A stretch of 64,000 nucleotides of DNA from Spirochaetaceae bacterium (GTDB taxonomy: Bacteria; Spirochaetota; Spirochaetia; DSM-27196; SKKC01): positions 189 through 64,188 of the forward strand of contig RECN01000071.1 of the NCBI GenBank assembly GCA_007694005.1. The letters run 5' to 3'. Positions 58,268-64,000 of this stretch are shown piece by piece (position 1 is the first letter of the stretch; each line of letters opens with the position of its first letter). The position numbers and the translations under genes are program-made. Under the pieces are notes generated by a model. It was not told the origin of the DNA. It did not search any database and was given only the letters and a program-made list of their open reading frames with translations.

Positions 58268-59736
58268 ACCGATGCCTCCTGAGCGATTGCCGCTTCGATC
58301 TCCGTGAACAGCGTTCGTATTTTCTGTGCGTCCTTGTATCCCGTTTCGTCCTCGAGCCCGCTTGAAACATCGACAAGCTCCGGGCCGAAGCGCCGCACAA
58401 GCTCGCGTACGTTGTCGGGCCTGATGCCCCCGGCGACCCAGAGCGGCCCCTGCGCGCAGACCGCTTCGAGGATTTCCGGGTCGAGTCTCCGACCCGTCCC
58501 TCCCCGCGCGTCCCGACTGTAGGCGTCAACGAGACAGCGCGGACAGTAGAACTCGCCAAGCCCCTGCGCGTCGTCGGGCGTGCGAAGCTGCATTGCCTTG
58601 TAGTAAGGGAAGGCAAGAGGTGCGCACTCATGCGGTTCTTCATCACCGTGCAGCTGCACCGCGTCCAGATAACCGTCTGCGAGTAGCTCCTGCACCTCAA
58701 GCGGAAGCACCGCCTCGGCGTCCTTCCCGTCACGCGCGACGACAACCGCAACCTTCAGCGCGTCGAGCCCCGCGCACTCTCTGACGCAGGCCGCGCTGCT
58801 GCGACGCGGGCTTTCGGCGAAGACAAAGCCCAGAAGGTCGGCACCGGCTTCCACCGCCACCGCAGCGTCTGAGGCGCGCATTATGCCGCAGACCTTGACC
58901 CAGGGGCGCCGGTGCCGTTTCGCGGTGAGGCGGTACCAGAACCCGGTGGGGACGCCGGCCGCCGGAGGCGCGCCGAGCGCGAGGCCGCGTTTGATCGCGG
59001 GGATGCGCGTATGGTCGCGCACCACCGACTCACCGACGAGCACACCGCTGAATCCCGACTGTGAGGCGAGTGCGGCCTGCTCCTCTTCGAAGATCCCCGA
59101 CTCGTAGACGACGCTGCAGGGCCAGTCTATCGCGTGGCGGACCCGCACGGGTCCGAGTGGATCTATGCGGAAGGTCTTGAGGTCGCGGGCGTTTACCCCG
59201 ACGAGCCCGGGCTTAAGCGGTGCAACGCGCCGGGCCTCGCGTTCATCGTGCACCTCTAGCAGAGCGTCCATGCCGAGTTCGCTCGCCCGCCGGTACATGG
59301 CCGACAGCTCGTCGTCAGACAGGAGCGAGGCTATGAGCAGGATGCAGTCGGCACCGGCGCGGTAGGAGTACTCGACGTCGGTCAAGTCGAGCAGGAAGTC
59401 CTTGCGGAGCACTGGTAGATCGGGGAAGGTCTTCTTGACGACCATGAGGTCGGTCAGGTTGCCGCCAAAGTGATCCTCTTCGGTGAGAATCGAGATCGCA
59501 TCCGCGCCGAGCTCGCGGTAGGTCCCTGCGAGCCGTACCGGCTGTATGCTCCCGTCTATGGTTCCCCGCGAGGGGCTTTTGCGCTTGATTTCGCAGATCA
59601 CAAAGTTCGATCGTGGGAATGGCACTACGGGGTGCATGCGCTCGGCCGGAACGAGGGACGCGAGGCTGTAGCCTTCGGCTGCAACGCGCTCCCGGCGTTT
59701 TGTAGCGATGCGGGTCAGAATATCTACGTCGCTCAT
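58264..59736 (-). CDS. trpCF: bifunctional IGP synthase / PRA isomerase (TrpC-TrpF fusion)
   Basis: EIKRKSPS, LRKDF; then VKVCGI, VQLHG, GGTG and DVSSG. Confidence 0.93.
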   Translation of the reverse strand: MSDVDILTRIATKRRERVAAEGYSLASLVPAERMHPVVPFPRSNFVICEIKRKSPSRGTIDGSIQPVRLAGTYRELGADAISILTEEDHFGGNLTDLMVVKKTFPDLPVLRKDFLLDLTDVEYSYRAGADCILLIASLLSDDELSAMYRRASELGMDALLEVHDEREARRVAPLKPGLVGVNARDLKTFRIDPLGPVRVRHAIDWPCSVVYESGIFEEEQAALASQSGFSGVLVGESVVRDHTRIPAIKRGLALGAPPAAGVPTGFWYRLTAKRHRRPWVKVCGIMRASDAAVAVEAGADLLGFVFAESPRRSSAACVRECAGLDALKVAVVVARDGKDAEAVLPLEVQELLADGYLDAVQLHGDEEPHECAPLAFPYYKAMQLRTPDDAQGLGEFYCPRCLVDAYSRDARGGTGRRLDPEILEAVCAQGPLWVAGGIRPDNVRELVRRFGPELVDVSSGLEDETGYKDAQKIRTLFTEIEAAIAQEASV

Positions 59737-61349
59737 GCCGCCCCCTCGTCGGGTGTCGTTCCGTGTGACCGCGACAGTATCGTGTTGATGCGATCCGCCG
59801 CAGACCCGTTGGCAAGCGCCGTTTTGACCCGCGCGACCCCGTCGGCGAGGTCGGCGGCTATTCCGGCAACCCAGAGCGCCGCACCGGCGTTCAGAAGCAC
59901 CGCGTCGCGTACCGCCGCCGGACCGGAGCCTGCAAGAAGCTCGCGCGCCATAGCGGCGTTTTCTTCGGCCGTGCCGCCGGCGAGGTCGGCGGTATCGTGG
60001 CCGGTTATCCCGTAGTCGGCCGGGTCGATTTCGAACTCGCGGATGCTGCCGTCAGGCTCGAGCAGGGCCGCAGACGTGATCGCTGCCGGGCTTATCTCGT
60101 CAAGGCCGTCGTGACCGTGGACCACAAGCGCCCGCTTGAGCCCGAGCTCGCGGCCCGCCTCCGCGACGACGCGGCAGAAGCGCGGGTCGAAGACCCCGAT
60201 CAGCTGGTAGGCGGCCCCCGCGGGGTTAGAAAGCGGCCCGATGAGATTGAACACGGTCTTGATCTTGAGCTCGCGCCGCGGAACGGCGGCGTGCTTCATG
60301 GCGCTGTGATACAGGGGCGCGAAGAGAAAGGCGAAGCCCTCAGCCTCGAGAAAGCGCTCGGCTTCCGCCGGTGTCAGGTCAAGGTTCAGACCCAGGGAAC
60401 GATAGAAGTCCGCGCTCCCGCTGATGCTCGAGACCGCGCGGTTCCCGTGTTTGGCGACTTTCGCTCCGCAGGCTGCCGCGACGAGCGCGCAGAAACTGGA
60501 AATGTTGAAGGTACCAAGACCGTCGCCCCCGGTGCCGCAGGTATCAAGCGTCTCTCCGCTCACCGTCACCGGTACGCGTCTGCGCTGCAGCACCGAGGCG
60601 CATCCAGCCACCTCCGACGCGGCTATGCCCTTCGCGTTCAGGCCGACGAGGACCCCGGCGATCTGGGCCGGGGTCAGACTCCCGTCGGTGACCTCTTCCA
60701 TGAAGCGCTGCGCTTCGGCAAAGCTCAGGTCCTGCCCGGCTATAATATGATTCAGCGTGCCGGTATAATCGAAGGGATCGCGTCGGTAGCTCAGGAAGGC
60801 TCTGAGGACTTCCTTTCCGGCGGCACTGCCTATGGATTCGGGATGAAACTGCACGCCTTCCACGAGGTACTCCCGGTGGCGCACCCCCATGATCTCATCA
60901 TCCTGACTTCTGGCGGTCACCTCGAGCTCGGCCGGGAGACTCTCCGGGTCAATGACGAGGGAGTGGTATCGCATGAAGGTCTCGGCCTTCCCTATGGTCC
61001 GGAAGACACCCTGCCCGTCAAGCCGCATGGGCTCTGCCTTGCCGTGCACGATGCGCTGTGCACCGACGATGCGCCCGCCGAAGGCCTCACCGATCGCCTG
61101 GTGCCCGAGGCACACCCCGAGTATGGGGATCTCACCGGCAAAGGCCTTGATCAGGTCTATGCTGATGCCAGCCTCAGCCGGACGTCCGGGCCCCGGAGAG
61201 ATGATGATGCGTGATGGAGACAGCACACGCACCTCATCCACGGTGATCCGGTCGTTTCTCACCACCTTGACCGCTTCATCGGTGAGTTCGCTGAGATACT
61301 GATACAGGTTGTGGGTAAACGAGTCGTAGTTATCAAGCAGCAGAATCAT
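59733..61349 (-). CDS. trpGD: anthranilate synthase component II / anthranilate phosphoribosyltransferase (TrpG-TrpD fusion)
   Basis: DNYDSFT, GVCLGHQ, QFHPES; then DTCGTGGD and KHGNR. Confidence 0.94.
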   Translation of the reverse strand: MILLLDNYDSFTHNLYQYLSELTDEAVKVVRNDRITVDEVRVLSPSRIIISPGPGRPAEAGISIDLIKAFAGEIPILGVCLGHQAIGEAFGGRIVGAQRIVHGKAEPMRLDGQGVFRTIGKAETFMRYHSLVIDPESLPAELEVTARSQDDEIMGVRHREYLVEGVQFHPESIGSAAGKEVLRAFLSYRRDPFDYTGTLNHIIAGQDLSFAEAQRFMEEVTDGSLTPAQIAGVLVGLNAKGIAASEVAGCASVLQRRRVPVTVSGETLDTCGTGGDGLGTFNISSFCALVAAACGAKVAKHGNRAVSSISGSADFYRSLGLNLDLTPAEAERFLEAEGFAFLFAPLYHSAMKHAAVPRRELKIKTVFNLIGPLSNPAGAAYQLIGVFDPRFCRVVAEAGRELGLKRALVVHGHDGLDEISPAAITSAALLEPDGSIREFEIDPADYGITGHDTADLAGGTAEENAAMARELLAGSGPAAVRDAVLLNAGAALWVAGIAADLADGVARVKTALANGSAADRINTILSRSHGTTPDEGAA

Positions 61350-61352
61350 TGC

Positions 61353-62750
61353 CTATACCTCCAGACCGATAGCCCGTGCGAGGGCCGAAAGCTTTTCCTG
61401 TGTTTCCTCATACTCGCGCTCGGGGGTCGAGTCATAAACTACTCCCGCACCCGCCTGCAGGACCATCGTTTTTCCCGTTTTCATGGCACATCGGATGGCA
61501 ATACAGGTATCGAGGTTGCCCCCGGGCTCGACATAGCCGACGACCCCCGCGTAGAAACCCCGACGATGCGGTTCTATCGCATCAAGCGTCTCTATCGCCC
61601 GGATCTTCGGCGCGCCGGAGACCGTACCCGCCGGGAAGGTCGCACGCAGCGCGTGTATGCCGTCGGCCCCCGGCTTCAGCGTTCCACGGGCCTCGCTGAC
61701 AATGTGCATGACCCGGCTGTAGCGCTCTATGCTTAGGAGCTCGGTCAACCGGACCTCGGAACACACCCGCCCTATGTCGTTCCGAGCAAGGTCAACGAGC
61801 ATGCGGTGCTCGGCGAGTTCTTTTTCATCCGACAGGAGCTCTTTTTCAAGCGCCTTATCCTCGGCATCCGTCGCCCCGCGCCTGCGCGTCCCGGCAATAG
61901 GTCTGATCTGAACCTCGCCACCTCTGACCTTCACGTGCACTTCCGGGGAAGCGCCGAAGAGCTGTGTCTCCCCGTAGTCGAGAAAGAACAGGTACGGTGC
62001 GGGATTCGCCGTCCTGAGCCTTCGATACGCCTCAAGGGCCGGAAGCTCGGTCACCGCTTCTACCCTGCGACTCAAGACCGCCTGCAGCAGATTCCCCGCC
62101 ACAATCTCGTCCTTCAGCGTTGCCACCCCGTCGATAAAGCGCGCCTTCTCTTTGGGGTCGGCGCCGACTTTCGCCTCGTAGTGCCCGTCGTCGAGGGTCA
62201 GGTGCCCGTAATCAGCGTCGAGGATGCGCTCGGCGACCCGGTCGACAGCCTCGCGCAGATCAACCTCGTGCTCCGTGTAGTTGACCCCGATCAGGTGAAG
62301 CTCATCGGTATAATGATCGAAGATGATGAACACGTGACCGAACATGAAGGAGGCAAGCGGATTACCCAGAGGGTCGGGCCGGTCGGCGAGGCGGATCGTG
62401 TCGCACTTCGCTGAGAACTCGTAGGAGAGATAACCGATCCCGCCAGCCGGAAAGGGAACCCCACCCTGCATGGGCTCGTGCTGGTCTGCGATGTAGCGCA
62501 GGACGTCGAGGATATCGCGCGCCCGGCTTTCCACCCGCCACCGGCGCCGGTCATCCTGCAGGAAGATACCCCGGTCGGTCTCGAAGACGCGGAATGCCTC
62601 ATCGACCATGATCAGAGAGTAGCGCTCCCGACCGTTGTGAAAGGTCGCCGACTCGAGCAAGACCCGTGCGTCGAGCTTTCGGGCGAGGGCAAAAGGGGTA
62701 AAACGTTCGCCCGAGAGCGTTCGTGTAATCGTGTCACTGCGGGTGTCCAT
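61353..62750 (-). CDS. trpE: anthranilate synthase component I
   Basis: LLES, PIAGTRRRG, EHRMLVDLARND and PAGTVSGAPK motifs. Confidence 0.95.
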   Translation of the reverse strand: MDTRSDTITRTLSGERFTPFALARKLDARVLLESATFHNGRERYSLIMVDEAFRVFETDRGIFLQDDRRRWRVESRARDILDVLRYIADQHEPMQGGVPFPAGGIGYLSYEFSAKCDTIRLADRPDPLGNPLASFMFGHVFIIFDHYTDELHLIGVNYTEHEVDLREAVDRVAERILDADYGHLTLDDGHYEAKVGADPKEKARFIDGVATLKDEIVAGNLLQAVLSRRVEAVTELPALEAYRRLRTANPAPYLFFLDYGETQLFGASPEVHVKVRGGEVQIRPIAGTRRRGATDAEDKALEKELLSDEKELAEHRMLVDLARNDIGRVCSEVRLTELLSIERYSRVMHIVSEARGTLKPGADGIHALRATFPAGTVSGAPKIRAIETLDAIEPHRRGFYAGVVGYVEPGGNLDTCIAIRCAMKTGKTMVLQAGAGVVYDSTPEREYEETQEKLSALARAIGLEV

Positions 62751-62808
62751 GGCGGTCCATCCTTACTGTTCACCACCCTGGTGGTCGCTTTTGGCGCGCC
62801 GGAGGCAC

Positions 62809-62905
62809 AAAAAAAGGCCGCAACCGGTACGCTGAATCGCGTCCACCGGGCGGCCTTCTTCGTCACACAGTTTACATGCGTGAAGAGCCCCGGTATTACC
62901 GGAGC
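62809..62905 (-). terminator. trp attenuator (pause, antiterminator and terminator hairpins)
   Basis: Terminator AAGGCCGC...GCGGCC-T7 (62857-62809); GCTCCGGTA/TACCGGGGC hairpin over the leader stop; GGCTCTTC/GAAGAAGGCC alternative pairing. Confidence 0.8.
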
Positions 62906-62949
62906 CACCAACCAGAATTGTGTGTAATGTCTCGCAATTGAGAAATCAT
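62896..62949 (-). CDS. trpL: trp operon leader peptide MISQLRDITHNSGWWLR
   Basis: Tandem TGG TGG codons just upstream of the attenuator; promoter TTGACA-18-TAATTT at 62989-62960. Confidence 0.85.
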   Translation of the reverse strand: MISQLRDITHNSGWWLR

Positions 62950-63000
62950 CGTGGTTCTGAAATTACCCGCGAGATTGGTAATGTGTCAAGATGTGGGGGG

Positions 63001-63270
63001 TTAATCGTAATGGCTCCACATCCGAATTACTTTAACGACTTTCAAGATATCGTCGACTTGATAGACGATACGGTGCTGTATGTTGATGCGTCGGGAATAC
63101 GACCCACTGAGATCCCCGAGTAGCTTCTCAAAAGGAGGATACTCAGAAAATGGGTTCTCGCGTAACAGCTCAAGAATCCGCTCTGCATTGGGCCGAAGAC
63201 TGGAGGCTGACAGTTTTTTCGCGTCTTTTAATGCTTGTTTTGTGAATACGAGACGGTACACCGAATGCAT
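63001..63270 (-). CDS. yoeB: Txe/YoeB-family toxin
   Basis: EKLLGDLSGSYSRRINIQHRIVY...WSHYD. Confidence 0.92.
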   Translation of the reverse strand: MHSVYRLVFTKQALKDAKKLSASSLRPNAERILELLRENPFSEYPPFEKLLGDLSGSYSRRINIQHRIVYQVDDILKVVKVIRMWSHYD

Positions 63271-63513
63271 CTACCACTCGATGGCATCCGAGCATTCGTC
63301 CAGGGGAGTTTGCATTCCTTCAAGAATAGATTCACGCATACCTGGTATAGCCGTCAGTGCGAGTGTTGCTTCGATATTGTTCCAGTCCTCGTCGGAAACC
63401 AGAACAGCTGCACCGTTTTTTCCAGTGATCTGTATCGGTCGATGCGACTCTCTGACCTGTTGGACGATCTTGAAGAGGTCCTTTCGGGCGTTCGTTATGT
63501 TGATTGAATCCAT
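63271..63513 (-). CDS. yefM: Phd/YefM-family antitoxin
   Basis: ITNARKDL...PIQIT...AVLVS..DW; abuts yoeB. Confidence 0.92.
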   Translation of the reverse strand: MDSINITNARKDLFKIVQQVRESHRPIQITGKNGAAVLVSDEDWNNIEATLALTAIPGMRESILEGMQTPLDECSDAIEW

Positions 63514-63524
63514 TGAAGACATCC

Positions 63525-63573
63525 TGTACGTAATGCTGTACATAGTCTACACCCTCCTTCTTGTGCATGTCAA
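63525..63573 (-). promoter_or_regulatory. yefM-yoeB promoter and operator
   Basis: TTGACA-18-TAGACT, followed by TGTACA (63537-42) and TGTACG (63525-30) cores 12 bp apart. Confidence 0.7.
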
Positions 63574-63740
63574 AAGACACCTCGCAGCATCGTCTCTGCG
63601 CCCGGGCGCACGACGTGCACCTGAGCTACCCGTGCCTATATATACGCAGAAGAAACGTCACTTGATTGGAGGATTTCTAATGATCTGTGGTCGGCGATCG
63701 ACCTTTGTGAAAACACTTACAGATGGTGTACACTGATCTC

Positions 63741-63992
63741 GTGGAATACGCGGTTCATTTGAAACCAAGAGCAATCAAGGATCTTCGAAGCATTGATCAG
63801 ACTATTGGGACCAGGATCGCGGATACGCTGGCGAGGCTTCAGACGGATTTTCGAGGCGATATAAAGAAGTTGACAAATCACACACCAGAATACCGATTGC
63901 GAGTGGGTGATTATCGGGTACTTTTCGAGATCGAAAACGGTAATCAGATAATAGTGTACAGAGTCTTACACCGTAGCGCAGCATACAAGTAG
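63741..63992 (+). CDS. RelE/ParE-family toxin
   Basis: RAIKDL...KKL...YRLRVGDYRVLF...HR..AY; an AGGAG right after the stop suggests a partner gene beyond the window. Confidence 0.88.
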   Translation: MEYAVHLKPRAIKDLRSIDQTIGTRIADTLARLQTDFRGDIKKLTNHTPEYRLRVGDYRVLFEIENGNQIIVYRVLHRSAAYK

Positions 63993-64000
63993 GAGCGAGT

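Noticed and set aside
63576-63615. Plus-strand peptide LAASSLRPGARR resembling YoeB LSASSLRPNAER
   Set aside because: Codons differ and the similarity does not extend, so it is probably chance; a decayed toxin remnant cannot be fully excluded.
63514-63740. Integron attC site between the TA modules
   Set aside because: No convincing RYYYAAC...GTTRRRY pair with internal dyad symmetry was seen.

Overview
Mostly core chromosome of a GC-rich (about 60% by eye) bacterium, most likely a free-living spirochaete. This is inferred from groEL lying without groES and from spirochaete-like lipoproteins and hypothetical proteins. Housekeeping content: yajC-secD-secF, groEL, a two-gene hybrid kinase relay, birA, argR-C-B-D-G, pgi, serC, cdd, galE, hflX, ogt, msmX-like ATPase, a soluble MCP-like protein with cheD, hom, glmS, trxA, and trpE-GD-CF-B-A with a Trp-Trp leader-peptide attenuator. 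A lower-GC toxin-antitoxin patch (yefM-yoeB plus a relE-like toxin) sits at the right edge. The most interesting region is 28.7-33.6 kb. It holds a PTS-EIIA/diadenylate cyclase fusion converging on an MBL-fold hydrolase with two cNMP-binding domains, then an unannotated, highly structured ~260-nt predicted transcript with its own promoter, terminator and a 14-codon sORF, then a metallophosphoesterase with substituted metal ligands. Other oddities are an Opp/Dpp-like ABC system with a fused permease and no binding protein, a MinD/FlhG-like ATPase with a large insertion, a 19-bp tandem repeat built from a gene's stop codon, and widespread leaderless-type promoters. I saw no tRNA, rRNA, CRISPR array, integrase or transposase. 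All calls come from reading motifs by eye; no database search was run.
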